Part shown: one piece after another, positions 1 through 9,148 of the stretch | How positions within the stretch are numbered: the stretch's first letter is position 1 | Layout: each line of letters begins with the position of its first letter | Assembly: GCA_963695855.1 (NCBI GenBank) | Contig: CAVOHZ010000010.1 | Location: forward strand, 288,001-352,000 | DNA: 64,000 nucleotides | Reading direction: 5' to 3' | Source: an uncultured Nitrososphaerales archaeon | Lineage (GTDB): Archaea; Thermoproteota; Nitrososphaeria; Nitrososphaerales; Nitrososphaeraceae | The notes under the pieces: model-generated | Told to the model about the DNA's origin: nothing | Seen by the model: the letters and a program-made list of their open reading frames with translations, nothing else | Database searches by the model: none | Position numbers and translations under genes: made by a program

Positions 1-825
1 TAATGTAAGAGAGGATAGATCTCTACTACGACTGAGAATAAACCTCGTACATGACAGAACCAGAGTTATGAATAGAGTACATTCCCTGTTGGATAAATAT
101 GATCTGAAATGCAGGTATGAGCATATATTTGGTGTAAATGGTATCAGATGGCTAAAGAGTATAGAACTAAAACTGAAAGGTAATAATGACCAGGTTCAAC
201 TTGCCAACTACATAAAAAATATTGAATTTCTAAATTCTGAAATCAGACAAATTGAAAAACAGAAATCTGCTGAGGCATCGCACAATGAAAATGTAAAGAT
301 ATTGATGAGCATGACAGGAATCGACTATTTTTCTGCAATGCTCATTAGTTCTGAGATAGGAGATATATCCAGATTCAGAACAGCAGAAAAACTTGTCTCA
401 TGGTGTGGATTGTGTCCAACTATATATCAATCAGGTAACTCGATGTATATGGGTAGAATGAAAAAAGATGGAAACAAAAAGATAAACTGGATCATGATTC
501 AGGCAGCGAATACAGCATCAAGGACAGACGAAAGAATGAAAAAATATTATATAAAGATAGCAAAAAGACATGGACATCATGTAGCGATAACTCATGTAGC
601 AAACAAGATGATAAGGATAATCTGGTCAATGCTAACATACAAACAACTGTACAATGAAAGAAAAAAGGAACTATATGAGACAAAACTTAAGAAGATCCAG
701 AATTAATGTAAAGTGATACATCATTGCTATGTATCATACTGACTGACAGATAAAGTATCAAACATTACACGGCAGTAGTAGTATTTGGATAAGGAAAATG
801 ATCAGAAGAGACTTTTACATAGATG
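1..825 (+). mobile_element. IS110-family element, copy A (left part outside window)
   Basis: Reverse complement of 1829-2653. Ends with subterminal IR AGACTTTTACAT (809-820), AGA, then core TG (824-825). Confidence 0.93.
2..706 (+). CDS. IS110 transposase/recombinase, C-terminal part (5' end off window)
   Basis: Identical to the C-terminal part of the 1948-3063 protein; GID...SEIGDISRF and CGLCPTIYQSG motifs. Confidence 0.93.
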   Translation, partial: NVREDRSLLRLRINLVHDRTRVMNRVHSLLDKYDLKCRYEHIFGVNGIRWLKSIELKLKGNNDQVQLANYIKNIEFLNSEIRQIEKQKSAEASHNENVKILMSMTGIDYFSAMLISSEIGDISRFRTAEKLVSWCGLCPTIYQSGNSMYMGRMKKDGNKKINWIMIQAANTASRTDERMKKYYIKIAKRHGHHVAITHVANKMIRIIWSMLTYKQLYNERKKELYETKLKKIQN

Positions 826-1828
826 CCCAACTCATTTTGCCTAACACATTTAGCTAACCAAATCTAGTCATATTATGTGAACTGGAGAAATCACAACGAA
901 TCTCTTGTCAAACGTGGCGAGGTATTACTTGATTGTGATGTTATAGATAACTGGAATACTGAACGAGAGAAGATGAATAAGGACAAGAAAGGAAGGTAGA
1001 AAATTCGTATATCCAGATTCATTGATCAAGTTATTCGGATACATGAGAGCATATTTTCACTTACCTTACAGACAAACAGAAGGCGTAGTTAGGGAACATG
1101 CTTCAAACACACTACCATCTATTCCAGATTATAGTAACATTAGTAGAAGAATAAACAGACTGGATATCAAGATTTCTGATGATGATATAACCAAATCTAA
1201 CTTGCATGATGATAATTTTGTAATTGCAATTGATTCTACTGGTGTTAAAGTTACAAACAGGGGTGAATGGATTAGACACAAGTGGAATGTAAAGAGAGGT
1301 TATCTAAAGATACATGTAGCAGTAGACATAAAAAAGAAGAGAATTTTATCACTGCATGTAACCAGTGAAGAAGTACATGATGGAAAAGTACTTCGAAAAT
1401 TAATAGATGAGATTACAGTAAAGAATAACAAAATGATATATACTGCCATCATCATGGACGGTGCCTATGATAGTAACAAGATCTTTCAGTATCTGTCATT
1501 TAAAGGCATACAACCAGCAATAAAGGTAAGAAAGAATTCCATGTGTAGAAAGAAGACCAATCATTACCTTAGAAACAAGATGGTGAAAATGCAGAACAAT
1601 AATTTGCAAGAATGGAAGGATAGCGATAGCTATGGCAAGAGGTGGATAGTTGAATCTGTCTTCTCCTGTATCAAGAGAATGTTTGGAGAATATGTTACTG
1701 CTATCAGGTTAGAGAACATGATAAGAGAGATAATGTTGAAAGCATCGTTGTATAACTGGTTTCAAAGTATAACTGTTACATAATTATCAATCATATAATA
1801 ATGAGAAAGATTGTTTAAACGAGTTATG
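826..1828 (+). mobile_element. IS5-family (IS903-like) element with both TIRs interrupted by IS110
   Basis: Inner TIR halves (TG)CCCAACTC at 824-833 and GAGTTATG(CA) at 1821-1830. Outer half of the right TIR, ACAAACTA, resumes at 3295-3302. Confidence 0.85.
877..1783 (+). pseudogene. IS5 transposase, frameshifted near 990-1000
   Basis: GTG877 frame gives NWRNHNESLVKRGE (compare NWKEYNESLVRRGE at 16369) and stops at ~999. A second frame continues EGRKFVYPDSLIK with the DDE motifs IDSTG, MDGAYD and RWIVESVFS. Confidence 0.88.
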
Positions 1829-1947
1829 CATCTATGTAAAAGTCTCTTCTGATCATTTTCCTTATCCAAATACTACTACTGCCGTGTAATGTTTGATACT
1901 TTATCTGTCAGTCAGTATGATACATAGCAATGATGTATCACTTTACA

Positions 1948-3063
1948 TTAATTCTGGATCTTCTTAAGTTTTGTCTCATATAGTTCCTTTTTTCTTTCAT
2001 TGTACAGTTGTTTGTATGTTAGCATTGACCAGATTATCCTTATCATCTTGTTTGCTACATGAGTTATCGCTACATGATGTCCATGTCTTTTTGCTATCTT
2101 TATATAATATTTTTTCATTCTTTCGTCTGTCCTTGATGCTGTATTCGCTGCCTGAATCATGATCCAGTTTATCTTTTTGTTTCCATCTTTTTTCATTCTA
2201 CCCATATACATCGAGTTACCTGATTGATATATAGTTGGACACAATCCACACCATGAGACAAGTTTTTCTGCTGTTCTGAATCTGGATATATCTCCTATCT
2301 CAGAACTAATGAGCATTGCAGAAAAATAGTCGATTCCTGTCATGCTCATCAATATCTTTACATTTTCATTGTGCGATGCCTCAGCAGATTTCTGTTTTTC
2401 AATTTGTCTGATTTCAGAATTTAGAAATTCAATATTTTTTATGTAGTTGGCAAGTTGAACCTGGTCATTATTACCTTTCAGTTTTAGTTCTATACTCTTT
2501 AGCCATCTGATACCATTTACACCAAATATATGCTCATACCTGCATTTCAGATCATATTTATCCAACAGGGAATGTACTCTATTCATAACTCTGGTTCTGT
2601 CATGTACGAGGTTTATTCTCAGTCGTAGTAGAGATCTATCCTCTCTTACATTATCTGGAGCAATATATGATTCTGCAATCAAATTAGATCGTAGTAAATG
2701 TGCTAATATTCTAGCATCTAGTTTATCTGTTTTTATCCTTGCTTCTGCTATTGCCTTGGTCTTCAGAGGATTAGCCAGTTTAACATCTATACCATATTTC
2801 TCAAATGCTTCGTATGTCTTTAACCACATATTCGCTGTTGATTCACAAACAGCATGACATTTTCTGTTGCTATACTTTTTATCCAAATGAGAAGCAAATC
2901 TTTCTGCTTCTTGTAGAGTATTATCATATTTTGTTTCTTCTATTATGGAACCATCCTTATCTGTTATACATACAACACAGTTTTTCTTTCCAATGTCTAC
3001 CGCAATATAGTAACTATCATCTTTTCTTGATTCTATTATTTTTTCTTCTATTCTCTTTTTCAC
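1948..3063 (-). CDS. IS110 transposase/recombinase (DEDD RuvC-like domain + Tnp domain with catalytic Ser), intact, 371 aa
   Basis: IAVDIGK, VCESTA, KTDKLDA (D-E-D-D); YQSG serine motif. Confidence 0.96.
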   Translation of the reverse strand: MKKRIEEKIIESRKDDSYYIAVDIGKKNCVVCITDKDGSIIEETKYDNTLQEAERFASHLDKKYSNRKCHAVCESTANMWLKTYEAFEKYGIDVKLANPLKTKAIAEARIKTDKLDARILAHLLRSNLIAESYIAPDNVREDRSLLRLRINLVHDRTRVMNRVHSLLDKYDLKCRYEHIFGVNGIRWLKSIELKLKGNNDQVQLANYIKNIEFLNSEIRQIEKQKSAEASHNENVKILMSMTGIDYFSAMLISSEIGDISRFRTAEKLVSWCGLCPTIYQSGNSMYMGRMKKDGNKKINWIMIQAANTASRTDERMKKYYIKIAKRHGHHVAITHVANKMIRIIWSMLTYKQLYNERKKELYETKLKKIQN

Positions 3064-3110
3064 CTCCTTTTTTTTATTATGATACTAGTATCAGTATACC
3101 AACCAACCAA

Positions 3111-3252
3111 CCAACTAGCCAGACAAAGCTGCAAACATCTATCAGAGCTCTTTATGGCTCACATATACAGCAGCTTACACATATCCCCATTCAACAAGCA
3201 AGACCTTATCCTAGTAAGACAGGTCACGCACAACAAGGGGTTAGCCAGTTGG
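3111..3252 (-). ncRNA. Putative bridge/seek RNA in the IS110 left non-coding end
   Basis: Closing stem 3111-3120/3243-3252. Hairpin 3185-3240 has an internal loop matching the target; hairpin 3126-3176 has an internal loop matching the element's own end junction. Folded by eye. Confidence 0.72.
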
Positions 3253-3302
3253 ATAAGAGAATAGATAACAGGAAAAGACTTTTACATGTATTCAACAAAC
3301 TA

Positions 3303-3472
3303 GCATTTTTGTCTTGATCATTATATTCAGCCAAATCCAACAAAGATTTAATAAAGAATAGTTTATACGTGCTCGATAATTTAGGAGCGCTAAAGAGCGA
3401 ATTAACTTTTACCAGATAATGTTGATAACCACTTTCTTTTTCGTTTTCAAATCGGTTATCTATGTCAAGCAT
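3303..3472 (-). pseudogene. 5' part of a probable HNH-endonuclease-type gene disrupted by the IS5/IS110 composite
   Basis: SSTYKLFFIKSLLDL resembles the N-terminal TYK motif of HNH restriction-like proteins; the frame runs into the IS end at 3302. Confidence 0.5.
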
Positions 3473-3611
3473 TAACGTATTTTATATGAGGACAATATTA
3501 AGATGTAATGTAATAGAGTTAATTTTTTTTACTAAATAACTGTCTTATTTACGAGAGTAACTCATCTTCCTAGTATTCTATAGAATAACATGTAAATGAA
3601 CACTGATAAAA

Positions 3612-4803
3612 ACGGGACCGTAGGGAGTAATAGCTATAGCGGTGCTAAAATAAGAGCCTAATGTTCTATTAATAAAGAACATAATACTTATATTATTTTT
3701 TAAATATAATAGTTCACTTTAGGTGGTATATTTTGTTAATAACGTATTTTGTTAATACCTTGAGATTTATAATTACTTTAGAAAAATTTTTAATCTTACA
3801 ATCTGATTTTATTAACATCGAAATAAAAGCCAGAACCTGCTACTATTGAAGAGTATATCAATAATAGAACGCTATGGTGAATCAAATCTTATTTACAAAT
3901 TAAAATGAAAAGTTACAAATGAAACATCACGCGCCTATCGGAAGTTGAAGAGTCATGGTTTCAGTGTTCAATGTTCATTTCGATTATGAAAAAGTTCGAG
4001 CATAAACAAATGCAATATAGTGACAAATTTCATATATTTTGACTTTTTTATAATAAGGCAGAAATTTTATAATGTATGATAGAAATAGGTTAACACTTAG
4101 TAAGTTAGAGGTTAATGCAACAGGAGGAGCTAATAATTAACTGGTCTAGGAAAAAATATTTTTGATAAGTTTTTTCAAAGGCAAAGGCGTAAGGAATTTA
4201 AAGGTATGGAAGCCAAAGCCACAGAGGCACAAAACCAACACGTCTATAATTAATTTGCTAACAAAAACGAAATAGTCCATGAACAAAATAGAATAGTAAT
4301 ATTAAAAGAGAGGACTGGACTTAGTGATGAGGAGATTTTAGATTCCCTACAACGATTGATTGAAAAGTCAAGTTCTTGCAGTTTCAGGTAAATCACAAAC
4401 AAAACATTCCATAGAAAGAATCCATTTGCATAATTCTATGCGTTTTCTACTGGCTTTTTATCATCTATTTTATCTAATTTTTTTTCCTTTTTTCCAAATA
4501 GTTTACTGAATATATTACAAAACATACTATTATATACACAGAAAGGATATTTAAGTTTGATATTGATTTTTATATTTTAAAAAAGTTTTTTATTATTATT
4601 TTGAAATGTGCTGATTGTATAGAACATTGTAAAGTTAGCCCCTCACCATTTGAATGTCCTGATTGTATTCTTGATAAATGTTGTTGTTGGGAAAATTTCC
4701 ATTTTAGTGACGATAATAATATTATCTAACATATTGAACCCGAGAAAACTACGGGCCCGTAGGGAGTAAGACCGATAGCGGTGCAAAAAGAGGAGTCTAA
4801 TGT
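3612..4803. repeat. Imperfect ~53-bp GC-rich direct repeat (3612-3664 and 4751-4803)
   Basis: ACGGG(A/C)CCGTAGGGAGTAA...ATAGCGGTGC...CTAATGT occurs in both places. Confidence 0.8.
4601..4729 (+). CDS. Cys-rich 42-aa micro-protein (metallothionein/zinc-finger-like)
   Basis: TTG start; MKCADCIEHCKVSPSPFECPDCILDKCCCWENFHFSDDNNII; 8 Cys, two CxxC and a CCC. Confidence 0.55.
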   Translation: MKCADCIEHCKVSPSPFECPDCILDKCCCWENFHFSDDNNII

Positions 4804-5059
4804 AAAGATAGTAGTATCTTGTATTTAGCTTTTATTGTTAGAAACTTTTTGATGACTATAATATTTGTATAATACTACATTTTAAATACAAAAGAAGAAT
4901 ATAATGGGTATCTCACCTCAACTAATTTAAAATAATAATCTTCAAATGTATAAGATTGACAATTATAGTCATAAAAATTAGAACATTGAATCTCACAGAT
5001 TAGGTTAGATATCAAATGACAATATCTGTACAAAGATGAATAACATAGAAAATTATAAT

Positions 5060-5890
5060 CTATTCTTCAATTCGCACTGAATCTCCACGCCGAATTGTTC
5101 CGCCTCTATATATTGATGCATAGACTCCGACATTTACCTGATTGTATTTAGCAACTGTTTTCAATATACCTAAATCTTTGGGAAGGTCACTCTGTGGAAG
5201 CGTAATCATAATACACCTAGTGCACGGTTGAATGACCTTGAGCAAAATCTCCTCACCGATTGTTATATTCTTGCCTACCCATGAATTCTCAACAAAGTCT
5301 ATCTCTTCGGCTAATGGCTCTACAACTATGTTTGGCCTAAACCGTCGTATTTCGAATCGTCCTTTAGGGTAAAGTTCGCTTAGACGGTTAATTGTAGAAG
5401 TTGTCAATATATGTACTACCGCAATATCAAAGAAACTTTGTGGAGGCATGGCTTCGTCAGTAGTCTTCTCTCTTTGTGCTAGGCCCTCTATATTTGGCCA
5501 ATACTCTTCATATATTGGCTTCTCCAAACTATTCCTTATGAGCTTAACTTTTCTACCAAGAATGTTGGATAAAGTATGATTCATATCATTGTGAGTAGAG
5601 AAAACTTGTGTACCATCTGGGAGGGTAATCCGGACAGGTGGAATGTTATTAACAGCTTGTGGTAAGTCTATAAATGCACTACGAAAGTCGAAGAGCTTTC
5701 CCCATTTACTAGGATTCTTGGCACTAACCACCTTTCCAGTTTCTTCGTCAATTAGTGCGTATACACGGTCTCATATCAATCCTTGTTCTGTTACATAGGA
5801 AGAATTAAGCTCTTCTCCAAGCATTGACTTTACTGGATATCTCCATATAGATACTACCTTTCCAATTGTAGTGGTCTCAGCTTGATTCAC
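5060..5890 (-). pseudogene. MOSC-domain protein with in-frame TGA at 5771-5773
   Basis: N-terminus IWRYPVKSMLGE...GLI*DRVYA (GLxGDR motif); C-terminus RRFRPNIVV, PCTRC, VGVYA. Confidence 0.85.
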
Positions 5891-6078
5891 AGACAATCAC
5901 CCTGTATGAATCTTTTTAGTGCAATTTCTTATTTATCATTTATGATATGATATGACGGATTATTATTAATAATTTGGATAATATCGCCATTCAGATGATT
6001 TGAATAAATAAATTGTTCTAATTGATACACTATTTTATTCATATTGATTATGTCTTGACTTTGTCTCTTACCAATTGC

Positions 6079-6480
6079 TTAAGACCATTTTATCATCCAC
6101 TGTATTAAATTAAAAATAGATTCAACTAGTTCCTGTCCTTTTCTAGTCAGTTTGTATTCTACACGTGGCGGAATTTCATTATATGCTTGTCTTTCTAGAA
6201 TGCCATCTTTTTCAAGTTCTTTTAATCTGCGAGCAAGAGTTTTGCTACTAATATCCTTCATTAACTCTCTGAATTGCTTATATCTTACAGGATTAGTAGT
6301 ACAACATAAAGGAATTAGCATTTCAAATGTACCTCTTTTTGTTATCAAATTTCGAAGTTTAGTTGTTTGTAACATTAGTTTTTGAGAATCGTATCCTTCA
6401 AAACTGCAACTATCAACATCATAAATTGGTAATTTGTTTACAGTTTGTCTCTTTGTTTCCTTCATGACACTTTGTGTCAT
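6079..6480 (-). CDS. HxlR-family winged-helix transcriptional regulator
   Basis: ISSKTLARRLKELEKDGILER...PPRVEYKLTRKG. Confidence 0.9.
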   Translation of the reverse strand: MTQSVMKETKRQTVNKLPIYDVDSCSFEGYDSQKLMLQTTKLRNLITKRGTFEMLIPLCCTTNPVRYKQFRELMKDISSKTLARRLKELEKDGILERQAYNEIPPRVEYKLTRKGQELVESIFNLIQWMIKWS

Positions 6481-6525
6481 ATAGTCATCTTGATGATTTA
6501 AATAGTTTACTTAGTAAACATAAAT

Positions 6526-7308
6526 ATGGAAAAAGAATTATTAAAAGAAAAAATCAAGGAAAATTATAACATAATTGCTTTAAAAGGTAATATTGATTTT
6601 TGTTGCGTCCCACAAGAAGTCAGTAATATAACTAATATCTCTATTGACAAAATGGCATCAACTCTTCTAGGATATCATGATAAAGAATTGAAATCTATTC
6701 CCCAAGAATCAATTCTTGGATTAGGTTGTGGTGCTCCTTTAAATTTTGCAAATTTAAAAAGAGGCGAAACTGTAGTTGATTTGGGTTCGCGTGTAGGGAT
6801 TGATGTATTTTTAGCATCTAAAGTGGTAGGTAATGAGGGAAAAGTTATTGGAATTGATATGACTGATGAAATGTTAGAAAAAGCCAGATACGCTGCAAAA
6901 AACAATAATTATAGGAATGTAGAATTTAGAAAGGGAGACATAGAAGAGAAAATACCAATTGAAGATAATTCAGTAGATGTTGTAATAAGTAATTGTGTTA
7001 TTAATCTGATCTCAAATAAGACAAATACTTTCAAAGAAATTTATCGTATTTTGAAAAAAGATGGAAAAGGAAGAATGATTATTTCAGATTTGATAACGAC
7101 TAAAGAGATTAACAATAACAATATCAATATTGACAATTGGTGTAGTTGTATTGATGGTGCATTAACAAAAGAAAATTATTTACAAAGTATTAAAGATGCT
7201 GGTTTTCAAAACATTCAGGCATTAAATGAGAAAACATACATGGATGAAAATCATTTTAGTGATGGAAGAAAAATAATCAGCGTAATGATAAAAGCGATTA
7301 CAAAATAA
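6526..7308 (+). CDS. arsM: Arsenite S-adenosylmethionine methyltransferase
   Basis: N-terminal CC, LGLGCGAP, VVISNCVINL, WCSCIDGA; adjacent to arsC. Confidence 0.88.
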   Translation: MEKELLKEKIKENYNIIALKGNIDFCCVPQEVSNITNISIDKMASTLLGYHDKELKSIPQESILGLGCGAPLNFANLKRGETVVDLGSRVGIDVFLASKVVGNEGKVIGIDMTDEMLEKARYAAKNNNYRNVEFRKGDIEEKIPIEDNSVDVVISNCVINLISNKTNTFKEIYRILKKDGKGRMIISDLITTKEINNNNINIDNWCSCIDGALTKENYLQSIKDAGFQNIQALNEKTYMDENHFSDGRKIISVMIKAITK

Positions 7309-7326
7309 AAGAAGAAGGTAATAATA

Positions 7327-7776
7327 ATGAGATTTTTCAATAGATTATCTTTTCACAAAAATGATGATAAAACCATTTTGTTTGTATGTGTTGAAAATGC
7401 AGGAAGGAGTCAGATGGCTGAAGGATTCTTTAAGAAATATGCTCCAAAAAGATTTAAAGGTAAAAGTGCAGGAACAAAACCTGTATCTCAAATTAATCCT
7501 ATTGCAGTCCAAGCAATGAGCGAAGTTGGAATAGATATCAGTAAACAAAAATCTAAGGAATTAACTGAAGAAATGATTAGAGAGTCAGAGACAATAGTGA
7601 ATATGGGATGCATGGACAAAAACTTTTGTCCTACAATATTTTTACCAAAGGTTATAGAATGGAATTTAGAAGACCCAAAAGGAAAGTCACTCGATAAAGT
7701 GAGAGAAATAAGAGATGAGATAGAAAGAAGGGTAAAGGAACTTGTTTCAGCAATTACAATCACTCCTGAAAAATAA
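7327..7776 (+). CDS. arsC: Arsenate reductase (LMW-PTPase fold, thioredoxin type)
   Basis: FVCVENAGRSQMAE P-loop, MGC...CP, WNLEDP. Confidence 0.9.
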   Translation: MRFFNRLSFHKNDDKTILFVCVENAGRSQMAEGFFKKYAPKRFKGKSAGTKPVSQINPIAVQAMSEVGIDISKQKSKELTEEMIRESETIVNMGCMDKNFCPTIFLPKVIEWNLEDPKGKSLDKVREIRDEIERRVKELVSAITITPEK

Positions 7777-8437
7777 CCTAGACAAAAATAAAAAAATCTT
7801 TTTTGCAGAACTCATAGGAACCTTCACAGTTGTAGTATTTGCTACTGGTTCTGTTGTATTAGATGCCAAATTAAATGGAGTCTTAGGACTTCCGTTTATA
7901 GCAATTGCTCCTGCTATTGCTGTTGCCATTGGAGTTTATCTTTTTGGGAAGATATCAATGGCACATTTTAATCCCGCAGTAACTGTGGCATTTTTAATTA
8001 CAAAACACATGGAAAGAAAAAAAGGATTATTCATAATTTACCTTTTAGCAGAAATTATAGGTGGTATTTTAGCAAGTATTTTCATTTATTTTATTTTTGG
8101 GAATGAAGCTAATTTGGGTGCTAACGCTCCCAATTATCTTGATTTTCCAATTTATGTAATTGTTGGAATTGAAATATTAGCATCTGCTTTACTTATGATA
8201 ATAATACTGTTAGTAGTATATACAAAAGGATTAAAGAAATTTGGAGGAATAGCAATAGGTGCTATAGTTGGTTTAGATATCTTCTTATTTGGATTGATAT
8301 CTGGTGCTTCAATGAATCCTGCTCGTTCTTTGGGACCTGCTATTGTTTCTGGTTATTATAATAATATATGGATTTATCTTACTGCACCATTTATTGGAAC
8401 TTCAATTGTAGCGTTATTGTTGAGGAATAAATTTTAA
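7742..8437 (+). CDS. Aquaporin/MIP channel
   Basis: AHFNPAVT and ASMNPARS NPA motifs; six hydrophobic segments. Start uncertain. Confidence 0.92.
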   Translation: MFQQLQSLLKNNLDKNKKIFFAELIGTFTVVVFATGSVVLDAKLNGVLGLPFIAIAPAIAVAIGVYLFGKISMAHFNPAVTVAFLITKHMERKKGLFIIYLLAEIIGGILASIFIYFIFGNEANLGANAPNYLDFPIYVIVGIEILASALLMIIILLVVYTKGLKKFGGIAIGAIVGLDIFLFGLISGASMNPARSLGPAIVSGYYNNIWIYLTAPFIGTSIVALLLRNKF

Positions 8438-8737
8438 TCCTCTTCTGTTACTGAATTCTAAAAACCCGTCTTTATTTGAATTTTTATCATAATTATTTCA
8501 GATTTAAAAATGCAAAAAAATGTAGTAATAGAAGAGATGATATTACTTTATTATAATGAATTTAAGATAATATAGTAGGTATTAATAGGTATCAATTGGT
8601 AATAAAAGATAGATAAATGAAAATACAATACCAGACCATTTATTAACTCCTTTTTTAATTGAATGTCGGAATGGAAATTTTAAGAAAAAAGGGTTTGAAA
8701 TCTTTAAATATATTTAGAGTAATGTTTATCAAATCAA

Positions 8738-9127
8738 ATGAAATTTCTTTTTTCTAAATTTGTTTGGTCGATTTTCATTATTTTCATAATGGTTTTATTC
8801 TCTAATAGCCAATTTTTGACTCTTATTACAGCATTTTCACAAGGCGATGATAATAGAAGGGGAGGAGGGTTTGGAATACAAGAAAGAGAACGTGCTAGAA
8901 TACATGCACAGAATAATTCTCAAATTGTTAATGATGATAATAGATTTGGAATACAAGAAAGAGAACGTGCTAGAATACATGCACAGAATAATTCTCAAAT
9001 TTTTAGTAATGATTTAACCCGTATAATTCTAATTTTAACAATAATTGTTATTATTGGTGTTAGCTTATATGCTTTATACAAAATTTATTTGATCAAAAGA
9101 AAATCAAAACAATCTAAACTAAAATAA
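8738..9127 (+). CDS. Hypothetical membrane protein with an internal duplication
   Basis: Hydrophobic N- and C-termini; FGIQERERARIHAQNNSQI occurs twice. Confidence 0.6.
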   Translation: MKFLFSKFVWSIFIIFIMVLFSNSQFLTLITAFSQGDDNRRGGGFGIQERERARIHAQNNSQIVNDDNRFGIQERERARIHAQNNSQIFSNDLTRIILILTIIVIIGVSLYALYKIYLIKRKSKQSKLK

Positions 9128-9148
9128 TAATAATGGTTTAATTATTAG

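Larger units (their letters stand above)
1829..3294 (-). mobile_element. IS110-family element, copy B (complete; IS1111-like subterminal IRs)
   Basis: 12-bp subterminal IR ATGTAAAAGTCT at 1834-1845 and AGACTTTTACAT at 3276-3287. CA/TG core at both junctions (1829-1830, 3293-3294); no other target duplication. Confidence 0.93.

Noticed and set aside
3098-3115. (ACCA)n microsatellite in the IS110 leader as a phase-variation switch
   Set aside because: Only about four units, partly forming the predicted RNA closing stem; no evidence of length variation is visible.
2805-3317. Plus-strand ORFs 2805-3317 and 3079-3264 (also 492-683 and 1971-2162)
   Set aside because: They overlap the IS110 gene or its structured non-coding end on the opposite strand and show no protein motifs.
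5771-5773. In-frame TGA as selenocysteine or recoding
   Set aside because: It falls on a conserved Gly (GLxGDR; GGA>TGA), not a Cys; a simple nonsense change or sequencing error.
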